Shown piece after piece: positions 38,716 through 50,814 of a stretch of 64,000 bases of DNA. Origin of the DNA: Octopus vulgaris (taxonomy: Eukaryota); contig OX597816.1 of the NCBI GenBank assembly GCA_951406725.2, forward strand, positions 131,130,001-131,194,000, given 5' to 3'. The notes beneath the pieces were generated by a model. The model was not told where the DNA came from and made no database searches. It saw nothing but the letters and a program-made list of their open reading frames with translations. How positions within the stretch are numbered: position 1 is the stretch's first letter; each line of letters begins with the position of its first letter. Both the position numbers and the translations under genes were made by a program.

Positions 38716-39843
38716 ATGTATGTATGTATGTATGTATGTATGTATGTATGTATGTATGGATATGTTTGTATGTATATATCTATGGTGTGTGTCTTTTGTG
38801 TTTGTGTGTGCCACCCACCACCACATGTCAACCACTGTTGGTTTTCTTACATCCCAATAATTTAGCAGTTTAGCATAAAAGACCAACAGAATAAAAATAC
38901 TGGGGTTGATTCATTCAACTAAAACCCTTCAAAGTGAAGCCCCAGCAGGGCCACAGCCCAAAGACTGAAACAAGTAAGAAATAGAAAATAAATGATACTT
39001 CAGACATTTGGTTTTGATCCACAAACATATCAATACTTTGGCTCATTCATACAAGACTTTCCTATTCCAACTTTCTCTAAGAAACTGGTTTTATATAAAT
39101 AAACTAAATACCAGTTTATTTGAGGAAAAATTTTAAAACAAGTTATGATGCAAAATATAGAATGCATTATTATGAATTTGTGGAAAATAGACCTCAGTAG
39201 AAAAGGAAATCTTATCTTTATTTAGAATTTAGAATCTAATTATTTGTTTCAAATTTTGGCACAAGGCCAGCAATTTTAGAGACAGGGTGAGTTGATCACA
39301 TCAACCTCAATGCAAAACTGTTACTTGTTTTATTAACTCTGAAAGGATGAAAGGCAAAGTTGACCTTCATAGAATTTGAACTCAGAGCGTAGGGTTTTAT
39401 GAAATGCTGCTAAGCATTTGCCCGGTGTGCTAATGATTCTGCCAGTTTGCTGCCTTAATTTTGAATCTAATAACCATTTGCTTTAAATCCGAGATAACAT
39501 GTTTCTCTAATGTACTTGACTAAATGTGATGGAGTAACAAAAATAGCAAAAATGGCAAAATGAACTTCTCAGTAGTGAGCTCTACTCTTCTATATTCTGA
39601 GTTCAAATCCTGACATGATAAAAGTTTTGTATTTCGTCCCATCAAGCCTAATGAAATAAGTACCAGCCATGAACTTGGATCATTCCCATCAACTGCACCT
39701 CATCCAAGTTATAAATTTATAGCCTTTTGCAAATGTAAAAAAAAAAAGAAGAAAAATCAATATGTTGCATATCAGAAATACTAACTAGTCTAATGCCACT
39801 CTTGTTTTGGCAAACAGAGCAGTAAATGTTCATTATGTTTCTT

Positions 39844-39875
<32 letters not shown>

Positions 39876-41469
39876 TTATAATCAACATCTGTGTTCCCAT
39901 GGCAACAAAGGCTGAATATGACAGCAAATTCAATTATTTGCATTGGCCTGTTAGAACAAATACATTAATTGCACATCCATCTGGGTGGTGGATGACAAAA
40001 TCAGTGGTATTGAAAGATATATTTTGTGGTACTTGGTTATATCTCATCTCATAATGAGCTCTGAGTTCAAATTCCACCCGGACCAATTTGACTTTCCATC
40101 CATCAAATGTCAATGAAATAAATTGTGGCTGAGTACTATCATTCATATAATCAACTATTAATGTATCTTTGAAGGTTTAAGGTAGTGAGCTGGCAGAAAT
40201 GTTACTGCACTGGACAAAATGCTTAGTGGCATTTCTTCCAACTTTATGTTCTGAGTTCAAATGCTGCCAGGGTCAACTTTGTCTTTCATCCTTTTGGGGT
40301 CGATAAAAAAATAAGTACCAGTTGAGCACTAGGGTCAATGCAATCGATTTATCCACTCCCCCAAAATTGCTGGCCTTGTACCAAAAGTTGAAACCAGTAT
40401 ATTCTTGTAGGTGATCTCCTAGTAAGAATTGAAACCAGTAAAAGAATAAAAGTATATCTTTTCTAATTTTGACACAAAGCCACTAGTTTTAGGGGAAGTG
40501 AATTACTCAGTTACATTGACCCCAGTGCTTAACTGGTACTTTGTTTTATCAGCCCCGAAAGGATGAAAGGCAATGTTGATATCAGTAGCATTTGAATTCA
40601 GAATGCAAAGAGCCAGAAGAAATGCTGCTACACCCAAACACACACACACATATACACATATAGTGTATATGGGGGTTTGTAATCCAATATGTCCCCTCAT
40701 GAAGCACATATGCATGTTCACATTAATCCAATATATGTACATATATAAACGTTTTATTTTCAATGAGATATAAATTGCAATTGAGATTTTTGGTGGGTGT
40801 TATTTGCATAGTTAATTACAAATCAAAACAGAAGACTAGAAAAAATTGGTGTATTTTTAATTCCATGTTACACGTGTTTCATTACAGGGTTGGAATTACA
40901 ATCATATGTGTAGGAAAAATAATGTATTGAATCTTCTAATCATAACTTATCAGACAAAGATTAAAAACCAATATACACACACACACACACAGATATAGAT
41001 ATAGATACAGACAGATATATATATATATAGGTGCAGGCATGGCTGTGTAGGCATGAAACTTGCTTCCCAACCACATGGCTAAGGGTTCTGCAAAGCTGAA
41101 TGACACCTTGGGCAAGTGTCATCTATTATAGCCCTGAATCACTCAAAGCCATGTGAGTAGATTTGATAGATAGAGACTAAAACAAGCCCTTCATATGCAT
41201 ATTTATATATGTGGGTGAACCTTTCATTTGATATTATGTGATGGTTATAAACAAGTATCACAGCCATAATGAGTGATGTTCATTTTCAGTCATCTCTCAA
41301 AAACATATCTGGCCATGGGAAAAATAGTACCATCCTTGGAAACAAGTGTGGACTGACAACATAAAGGGTATTTGACTATTGAAATTTTGTCTCATTGAAG
41401 TGAATGACTTGGTCATTCAGTTGAATGAATAAATGGATGCTCATACATCAGATTATTAATGATAAGGAT

Positions 41470-42720
41470 TCAGTTGTTTTATTAATAATTAACAGGAATC
41501 AGGAATATTTACTCAAGAAGAAGCAGAAATAAAGACATTTGCATCTGATCTACAATGTGACGATCAGACAAGTGAGATATTCTAAACTGCATGACAGTGA
41601 ACCAGAGAAAGGCAGGATGTCAATGCAGAAGAGTGTATCAAGAATGATAGAGTCACATTTGCTCTTGCTGCTGATGAAAAGAAATAAGCATGGGGAATCT
41701 CAGATGCTTTGCAGGGAGAATGTACACAACATGCCCAGAAACATGATGTCATTATGGGCTCTTACATGATAGCAAACATTGAAAACAGACCCTAAGCAGT
41801 AGTAATTCACATTGCAAACCAGACAAAACAATTGTTTGCTGTTACACTCTGTGAATGTGAAATTGACAATGAATGAGTACAAAAACAATATATCAGAAGA
41901 CAGTCTGATTGAAACTAGAAAACAGAATAATAATGTGTACATGGAATTTTGCTGCAGTATGTACAACCAAGTACTCTGTGACTTATCCAGTAGAGTCCAG
42001 GTATTGACTAGCACATTCATTAACTGTGAGTGGGGTACCAAAGACAGATGAAGAAATGGAAATAATATGTGGAAATCTTTCAGGAAACAAATTATGATAT
42101 TCAAGCTTTGGGTCTGTTTGTGAATGAATATGGTGCTCTATTGGTGGATAACTAATAGCATTCTTAACCCAGCATCATGAAAAGCATAGAAAATGGTAAA
42201 GAAGGATACTTCATTGATGTTCTTGATGGTACAAGCAAAACATTCTTACTTGCAAAAATATACCAAAAGCAGCATATTCGATTGCATTGCAGCAAAGTGC
42301 CTGGGCAGTGAAAAAACTGCACACTCCATGTTTAAACTACCTCTAGACCTCACACAACATAGTTCTATGCTATAACAAGAAGGCACCCAAGTGCAAGTTC
42401 TTGCAAAGATGTGAGTTGATTGTGTGGGATAAAATAACTATGAGTTAGAAATGAGCCGATGAAGTCTTGGATTGAACAATGCAGGATCTGAGAGACAATG
42501 CATGAATAATGGGAAGAATTACCATTGTTCTTACTAGTAATTTCACACAAACTCTATCTGTACTTGCTCAAGGAACTTGAATTCATGAGATAAACACCTG
42601 TCTGAAAATCTCTTATCTTTGGCCCTCCATCATTGATTGAGCTTTATCACCAATAAGTGTCAGTATCTGATGGTTTCTAATATTGTTGGTGAGTTTTCTC
42701 CTCAGCTGAAGGGTAGGCAG
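41470..42720 (+). mobile_element. Helitron Rep/Pif1 helicase remnant
   Basis: Degenerate Pif1 motifs: FIDVLDGTSKTFL (Walker A), KTAHSMFKLPLDL, CELIVWDKITM, RTMQDLRDN. Confidence 0.78.
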
Positions 42721-42792
42721 TATAAGTTTTGGCAGGTGAAAATGAAGTTGGATACTTTTTGAATGCCCCTCACACACACACATACAAAGAGA

Positions 42793-42856
<64 letters not shown>

Positions 42857-43302
42857 GGAGTGATGGTATTGTAGTGAATAAACTGCTAAGGTAAAGCTTA
42901 GTCCCAGTCAACTCTAACTTGATGGACAAATTTGATTAGAAAGCATCAGTAAATGTTTTGTTGTTTTCTAAAATTTTCCTTGATTAACAACATTAAATAT
43001 TACATCTGTATGTTACACACACACTCTCTCTCTTACACATACACACACATATGGATTACCTTGGTAACATTAGATATATTAATTTGACTGATATTTTCTT
43101 TATGTAAGTATGTTGATACAACAGAAATGATTGTCAGTATTGTATGGTATAATCACCAATTAAAGATGTAATTTTCTCCATTCTTATTTTTATTGACGTT
43201 TGCTGCTTCATCAAATTATGCTACCCAAACCCCAAAAGAATATTTTTCTCCATGTTCTGACCACCCTAACTCTGGCACCCCATCTCTCTCTCTCTGCCTC
43301 AC

Positions 43303-43356
<54 letters not shown>

Positions 43357-43719
43357 CCTCACTCTGTCTATCTCTCTCTTTCTCTCTTTTGATTACCACT
43401 TGCTTCGCAAAAACTTCCTCCACCACCACCACCACCCTATATAAACTAGAATACACACTCGGATTCCCCTACTCAATTTTTAATACCTCTGCCAAAAGAA
43501 TACGTATCCAGAAGATGCTCTTGTCTGAATTTGCTAGTTCGCGGTACACCCACCCTCCCACCCCCTCCACCTGTACCGGAAGTTCCTAGCCTCTGTCATT
43601 CTTTGGTTGTCTCCCACGAATACTTCTAAAGGCTTCTAACCACACAGCCAAGCCTGCACCTATATATAATATATATATTATATATTACATATCATATAAT
43701 ATATATATATATATAACCG

Positions 43720-43778
43720 GTGATTGTCGTACGCTGAGGACAGGTCAATACCTAGAAACTGCAGTCCATGTGTATCAC
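43720..43778 (+). ncRNA. Type I hammerhead motif with palindromic stem III
   Basis: GTACG-CTGAGGA-C-AGGT CAAT ACCT-A-GAAA-CTGCAG-TC-CATGT, with distal GTGAT/ATCAC pairing. Lies in a ~260 bp insert between TA runs. Confidence 0.65.
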
Positions 43779-43984
43779 TTAGGTTGACGAGGGAAGGATG
43801 ACCTCCCTTTGCAAATACCATAAGGGCACAGAAAGTGTGCCTATAGCCAGCTGGAGACGATGTTCTCCTGGGGCTACACGCTACAGGAACACCCACCCTT
43901 AGTGGTTAGCCATATTGAGATGGCAAGTATACCTCACATTGTCATGCAGTTACTGTTTATACCTCGTTCAGAGATTTATTATTG

Positions 43985-44022
<38 letters not shown>

Positions 44023-44059
44023 CTTTCAATCATTGGGCAATAAACTGTGCTTGCAAAGA

Positions 44060-44395
44060 CCTGTGTCGAGCCAAGTGAAGTTATTGTTGTGGTTGATGCC
44101 AGTACCACCTGACTGGTACTTGTGCTAGTCAGGCACCATTTGAGTGCGTAAAAAGCACCATTCAAGCATGGTCGATGCCAGTACCGCCCGACTGGCCATC
44201 ATGCTGGTGGCACATAAAAAGCACCCACTACACTCTTGGAGCGGTTGGTGTTAGGAAGGGCCTCCAGCTGTAGAAACTTTGCCAGATCAGATTGGAGCCT
44301 AGTAAAGCCTTCTGGCTTGCCAGTCCTCAGTCAAACCATCCACCCCATGACAGCATGGAAAGCGGACACTAAACGATGACGATGATGATGATGAT
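44060..44395 (+). mobile_element. RTE-derived 3' tail element (shorter copies 24835-25005 -, 45525-45680 +, 46918-47053 +, 38100-38250 -)
   Basis: TAAAAAGCACC repeats, TTAGGAAGGGC.TCCAGCTGTAGAAAC, end GCGGACACTAAAC(GAT)n; the same tail as the RTE LINEs in this window. Confidence 0.75.
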
Positions 44396-44400
44396 ACATA

Positions 44401-45246
44401 CAGAGTGTGGTGAATAAACTGTCGTTTAAATTATGCAAAAATAAAAATAACACTGACATTTCATTTTAACAGATAAATTTACCAAAGTTACATAAAAATA
44501 TCAGTAAAATTGCCAATTAGCTTCTACCATGGGCTCCAAACAACTTTGGAATCTCCTATAACTCTTCTCAACTGTCTCCTTGTTTAAGTTGGTGAATGCT
44601 GCCATAATTTTTGTCTTCAGTTCATCTTTGGTGTTACAAAGAGTTTTGCTGGTCTCTCACTTAACTGCACTCCATACATAATTATCAAGGAGGTTGCAGT
44701 CTTGGGAGTTAGGTGGCCAGATGCTAGGGGTGATGTGGTTGCAGAAATTGTCCGACAGCTATGACTGGGTTCTCCTGCTTGTGTGGCATGGTGCAGAATC
44801 CTGTTTCCAGACATAGGGTCATCCAGCAGCCACTCTCTTGACCTAGAGTAGCACTACCTCCTCCAGGCACGATGTAGCTTATTCCCCTGTGAGTCTGAGG
44901 CCATGTGGGAAGATGAATGGAGGCATAACATTGCCATCACTAGTGATCACTCCAAACACCATGATGTTGACTAGGTGTTTGATTTTTATCACTCTCAGCA
45001 CATGCCCTCAGATTGACACCAAAAAACTCTGAAATATTCATATCAGAGATTCTGGCATGAATGCCAAGCAGTACAGTATGTTGTTTCTAAATTTCTGGCA
45101 TAATGAATTGTATCATGGTGCTGTTTTTCTCACAGATGGTGCACAACTAACCTACTATTCTGCGTAGTCGACAAAGTCAAAAACAAACAAGGTGCATGCC
45201 CAAAAATAAAAATGTAAAATTGCGACAATTTACCCATCGCACCCAG
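44401..45246 (-). mobile_element. maT (DD37D) Tc1/mariner-superfamily transposon remnant
   Basis: TA flanks and imperfect TIRs; minus strand QDSAPCH...WPPNSQDCNLLDNYVW has 37 residues between the two Asp. Confidence 0.85.
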
Positions 45247-45250
45247 TATG

Positions 45251-45281
<31 letters not shown>

Positions 45282-45385
45282 TGATAAAAATGGTAAGACA
45301 ACAAAAGAATGAAAGAGACCTCGATATTATGTAAATAGAGGAATTTATCTGTAAATGTAATATGTGACAATTATTCGGTAGCCAT

Positions 45386-45446
45386 GATAAAACTCCAAGT
45401 TTCTGATGCCAAGGTGGAAATCCACGCCGCCATCTCTTCAGTTATC
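45386..45446 (-). ncRNA. Type I hammerhead ribozyme motif, intact core
   Basis: Minus strand: GATAA-CTGAAGA-GATGGC...GGCATC-A-GAAA-CTTGGAG-TT-TTATC. Confidence 0.72.
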
Positions 45447-45678
45447 CAGCCATCAGAAAAATACTATGAAAAAAAAATATATAATATATATTTGTTCACA
45501 TGCTTTTCCTTGAATTTGCCTGAGTGGTTAGTGTTAAGAAGGACATCCAACTGTAGAAAACCATGCTAAATCAGACTGGAGTCTGGTGTAGCCTTCCAGC
45601 ATGCCAGCCTAGTCAAACTGTCCAACCCATGCCAGCATGGACAATGGACATTGAATGATGATGATGATGATGTTGATG

Positions 45679-45777
<99 letters not shown>

Positions 45778-46000
45778 AAGTATGGCGGGGTTTAGTTCAC
45801 TGGTGATCTAAATGATTAGTATGCTAGGTAAGTGCTGTAACAGATTACTAGAGCTCCGCGATTATAGTCGAGACAGTAGCTATGGAGCCATTGCAATTTT
45901 TCGATGCAGCGGGTATATAATTATTAAAGAGGACAACAAGCATTAAGGCAAGGTAAACATCTCAAATCATATACATTATTATTACTGGAAAAAATTCAAA

Positions 46001-46056
46001 GTCTTACAGCTGTTTCTGGGATATCCCAGAGTACGGGATATTCTATCATCGGAGAC
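46001..46056 (-). ncRNA. Hammerhead motif with CCGATGA core
   Basis: Minus strand: GTCT-CCGATGA-TAGAATATCCC GTACTCT GGGATATCCCA-GAAA-CAGCTG-TA-AGAC. Confidence 0.65.
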
Positions 46057-46399
46057 AAATAGGGAAAATGAGAAAGGTATATATTAATGAAATGATGACA
46101 TAGAGGAAGGGAGTAAAAGACTAAAGAGTTGAAGAGAGAGAAGAAAAAAGAAGCATAAAAGTTCACACTTCAACTTTCCGATGTTCGCATTTTTTTTCTG
46201 GATGTTTACAATATCAGGACTTTAACCCACATAGATCTGTACAGGATTACACCTAAGACCTTGTTTTTACAACATTGGAACATTGAACTGTGAACTTTTA
46301 TGCTTCTTTCGTTCTCTTTCTCTTCATCTCCTTATTCCTTTACTCCTTTCCTCTATGTCATCATTTCATTAATATATACCCTTCTCATTTTCTCTATTT

Positions 46400-46438
46400 G
46401 TCTCTGCTGACGGAATATCCCAGAAACAGCTGTAAGAC
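46400..46438 (+). ncRNA. Degenerate hammerhead motif, mirror copy of 46001-46056
   Basis: GTCT-CTGCTGA-CGGAATATCCCA-GAAA-CAGCTG-TA-AGAC; stem II shortened by a deletion between ATATCC repeats. Confidence 0.55.
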
Positions 46439-47063
46439 TTTGAATGTTTTCCAGTAATAATAATGTATATGACGTAAGATGTTTGCCCTGCCTTAACGTT
46501 TGTTGTCCTCTTTAACAATTATATATATATATATTAATCTATATATTAATATATAGATAAAAGTTTTTGTGATGTCATTGCAGTTTTATTAGTAAATTAC
46601 ATATGGTGGCAAGCTTGCAGAATATCGTTAGCATGCTGGGTTAGCATGCTTAGCAGTTTTTTGTCTGCTGCTACATTCTGAGTTCAAACTCCGCTGAGGT
46701 TGACTTTGTCTTTCATCCTTTCAGGGTTGATAAATTAAGTACCAGTGAAACACTGGGGTCGATGTAATCAACCAGTCACCCTACCCCACAATTTCAGGCC
46801 TTGTGCCTTTAGTAGAAAGGATTAATAAAGTATATGATATATAATATATAATATATAAGTGTGTGTGTGTATATATATATATAACACAATATAATATATA
46901 TATAATATATATATATAGGGCATCCAGCTGTAGAAACACTGCCAGATCTGACTAGCCTGGTGTAGCCTTCGGGCTTGCCAGACCCCAGTTGAACCGTCCA
47001 ACCCATGCTAGCATGGAAAGCGGACGTTAAACGATGATGATGATGATGATGATATATATATAT

Positions 47064-47095
<32 letters not shown>

Positions 47096-47299
47096 CATAC
47101 ACACATATCATATATATATCATATCCCACAAAGATAAGAAAGCCTTCTTTTTTCTGTCGAGGGCTTATATGCCCCTTTATTAGACTGTTTTCCTTTCTCA
47201 ATGCATGGTGATTGTCCTAAGCCTTAAGCTTATATAAAAGTACCATTATTATTAATTACAGGACTGTAAATCACAGAGCTATAATAAAAGCCATTCGCA

Positions 47300-47350
<51 letters not shown>

Positions 47351-48036
47351 TTATCATATACATATATAATATATTCTTTTGTATTCTATTTTTGTTTTTA
47401 CTTCCCGTTGTTATGTGGCTGTGATCGGTGCACCACCTTTAGTAAAACAAATCAACCCTAGGACTTATGGTTTGTAAGCCTAGTACTTATTCTATTGGTC
47501 TCTTTTGCCAAACAGCTAAGTAAACACACCAACATCGGTTGTCAAGTAATGATGGAGGACAAATGCAGACACATACATATATAATATATTATATATATAT
47601 ATATAATATAATATATAAATATAAGGCGTAGGAGTGGCTGTGTGGAAGTAGCTTGCTTACCAACCACATGGTTCCGGGTTCAGTCCCACTGTGTGGCACC
47701 TTGGGCAAATGTTTTCGGGCTGACCAAAGTCCTGTGAGTGGATTTGGTAGATGGAAACTGAAAGAAGCCCGTCGTATATGTGTGTGTGTATGTGTCTGTG
47801 TGTGTGTGTATGTGTGTGTGTGTGCTTGTGTGTCTGTGTTTGTCCCCTCAACATCGCTTGACAACCGATGCTGGTGTGTTTACGTCCCCGTAACTTAGCG
47901 GTTCGGTAAAAGAGACCGATAGAATAAGTACTAGGCTTACAAAGAATAAGTCCTGGGGTCGATTTGCTCGACTAAAGGCGGTGCTCCAGTATGGCCACAG
48001 TCAAATGACTGAAACAAGTTAAAGAGTAAAAGAATA

Positions 48037-48083
<47 letters not shown>

Positions 48084-48086
48084 TAC

Positions 48087-48151
<65 letters not shown>

Positions 48152-48229
48152 CATACATACATATATATATAATATATATACATATATATGCATATATAAT
48201 ATATATATATTTATATATATATGCTTACA

Positions 48230-48680
48230 CACGCAAATATCAGTAACGAAATTTCTGACATATATTTTCGCATGTGCACAATTTTTTCCCGGAAAATACA
48301 CTTTATGGAAAACATACTGGAAAAAAAAAAAAAAAATGATACGCATAGTGTAAATCATAGTTGTGCTTATCTATACGCACATACACCGTAAAGCGGATAA
48401 TAGATGTGCGGACTCATGCTTCGGGTTACTTTCTTTTTCACCGCCGTACTGAAAGTGAGCATCGTGAGTGTGTAGTGTGATAATAATGAGTAGCGTATAT
48501 ACAGTACGAAGGCAGCGTTAATAATTTGTGTAAGCGTTGTTGATGTAAAAGAAAATAATATCCATGTCGAAGAAATGATCCAGTGAGGTTAGGAGATGCG
48601 TGCATTTTCCCCCGGATCCATGCCGTATTCACACAGAAGCCAATCCAGATATTATATGGACTCGTATCGTCTACACTAAG
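48230..48680 (+). promoter_or_regulatory. Probable FBXO45 promoter/5' leader: unique, CpG-retaining sequence; YY1-like AAGATGGC motif overlaps the start codon
   Basis: Non-repetitive stretch with many CpGs directly upstream of the ATG, unlike the CpG-poor intron beyond about 50700. The TSS cannot be located from sequence. Confidence 0.5.
48596..48679 (+). other. Upstream [30 protein letters not shown] (27 aa), stop 1 nt before the FBXO45 ATG
   Basis: Read directly: ATG 48596 ... CAC TAA G ATG. Three in-frame ATGs. Translation is unproven. Confidence 0.4.
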
Positions 48681-49253
48681 ATGGCTGCCGCCAGGTTACC
48701 TCCAGTAGTTCTCGAAGTGGTCTTTTCTTATTTAGACATATCTGACTTGCGATATTGTTCGTTAGTCTGCAAAAGCTGGTACAGATTTCTTAACGATGAA
48801 AACAATGACGTTTGGAGGTTTCATTGTGTGAGAAAATTAGCAGAAGATGCACTTAAATCGGATGTTTTATCTAATGTACCTACTTACAAAGCTAAATTAC
48901 GAGCATTTTATCACGCGTGGAACCCTAATGATTGCTCGCGAAACATTTATGTAAAACACAATGGATTTACATTACATCGGAACCCTATTGCACAGAGTAC
49001 GGACGGAGCCCGGGGTAAGATCGGGTTTCGAACTGGGCGACACTGCTGGGAGGTATGGTGGGAAGGTCCCCTCGGAACTGTGGCTGTGATCGGACTTGCT
49101 ACGAAAGAAGCTCCTATGCAGTGTCATGGATATGTTTCTTTATTAGGTAGCGATGACCAAAGCTGGGGATGGAATCTCGTGGACAATCTATTATTACATA
49201 ATGGTGACAGTCAAGGAAACTATCCTTTGTTAAATAATGCTCCGAAATATCAG
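48681..49253 (+). CDS. FBXO45: F-box/SPRY domain protein FBXO45 (Fsn/FSN-1 orthologue), first coding exon (191 codons)
   Basis: Uninterrupted frame [18 protein letters not shown] (F-box) followed by SPRY motifs ([56 protein letters not shown]). Strong start context AAGATGG. Ends CAG|GTAAGT (phase 0). The C-terminal exon expected to begin like (I/V)GERIRVILD was not found downstream. Confidence 0.96.
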
Positions 49254-50814
49254 GTAAGTCAGTGCCAGTGATAGCATGCATGCTATATGTCTCAACTGTC
49301 GTCTGCACACAGCTAGGTTTCACATTGAATGTAGTGAAACAGCGATGCCAAGTAAGGTTACAAAAGATAAGTATAACTAAAATATTGTCGAATGCATAAA
49401 ATAAGTTCGACCAAAATTTCATATGAATCCCTTATCTATATCAACATGAACAGATTCTTTTCTTTCTTTCTTTTTTTTACTGAAAGGAAACGAGTACATG
49501 ATTTTTTTTTCTTTTACAAATATCTTCCATTCAATCAAACTACACCACATGAATTTTCTCATTTAATCATTTTATTTAACCGAATAGCTTATATTTATGT
49601 GATTTTATAAATGTTTTTATAAAAATAATATACCACGAATGGTTTGCTCATTGTCTCATAGCAACATTATATCATAAGCATCATTCGATGGGTTTAGTTT
49701 TGTAATTACATTATCGTTTCTTTCTGTATCATGCGTGAATGAGTTCAGTCCCTGTAGCCGCTGCGACTGTCATTGCATGAAAATTATCTATTCAAATTAT
49801 CAGTTTTTACCTATTTTTCTCATCGATGAACGGCTTGTATGAAGAGAAAATAATACAAAGAAGGGAATTATTAAAATTTTTAGTGAGGGTGTGGACATAT
49901 TAAATGAGATAGGAAGGTCTTATCGTGTAAAATAACAGGAAATAACGAAGCAAGGCAGATTGTTGATCTCCATAATCATGTCACCTTTTATATACAGCGA
50001 TAAAACCCTGCTTTGTTTTATCATAAATTTATTATTGGTTTAATTATAGAGTATTTGACACAAAATAAATAGATAAATTGTGTAAGACCACTTTTTCTCT
50101 CCTCCATCTCCTGTTTCCCCTTACTATTATAATATATTTAATATTTTCTAAAGCATGTTTATAGAAACATGTTTATCGAAAGCATATGGTATTCTAAGTA
50201 ACACTTAGTGGATGTATATATGTAACTTAGTGGATGTATATATGTAATGTGTATGTCTACTCATACACAAACACTTAGAAAAGACATATGCAGGTTGTAT
50301 GTTCGCATCCTGTCACTGACTTCTTTTGGTGTCCTTGGAAAAGAAACACAACTCTTGACAGCACCCCGGCTCAGATCGAATTATTTTGTGCGTGCATTTT
50401 TGTATAGCATACAAAACTATACTTAAAAATTTACACATAAATTGTATTATGTATGTATTCATGTATGCATTTACATATGTAAACATAGCCTATATATATA
50501 TATATATATATATATATACTCGCACGCACCACGTATATTATGTGTGTATGTGTATATATTTATATATGTATGTATACGTGATGCACACGTATGTTGGTTT
50601 ATGTTGCAGGAGTGAGAAAGTGCTCTAAACATGTAGAGAATATGGGTTATTTTTTAACTGAAAATGAAACTGAGGGTTTTAGTTTCAATAGTATATAAGT
50701 GTGTGAGTATGCTTATATATGTATATGCGAATATACGCATGAATATATATACACACACGTGTGTGTATATGTATATATATATATATATATACACACATAC
50801 ATATTTACATACAT

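Larger units (their letters stand above)
45914..46526. repeat. Long fold-back element: arms 45914-46185 and 46271-46526
   Basis: Arms are reverse complements over about 260 bp with an 85 bp spacer; TA-rich ends. Confidence 0.92.

Noticed and set aside
39893-39906. Perfect X-box GTTCCCATGGCAAC
   Set aside because: An isolated motif that seems to lie in an eroded RTE-tail remnant, with no promoter context.
41470-42720. Host PIF1 helicase gene
   Set aside because: Riddled with stops and frameshifts, with no intron structure; fits a Helitron relic.
48600-48680. N-terminal extension of the 223 aa FBXO45 ORF in the ORF track
   Set aside because: It begins at GTG; similarity starts at the strong-context ATG 48681. 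The last residues VSQCQ are intron read-through.
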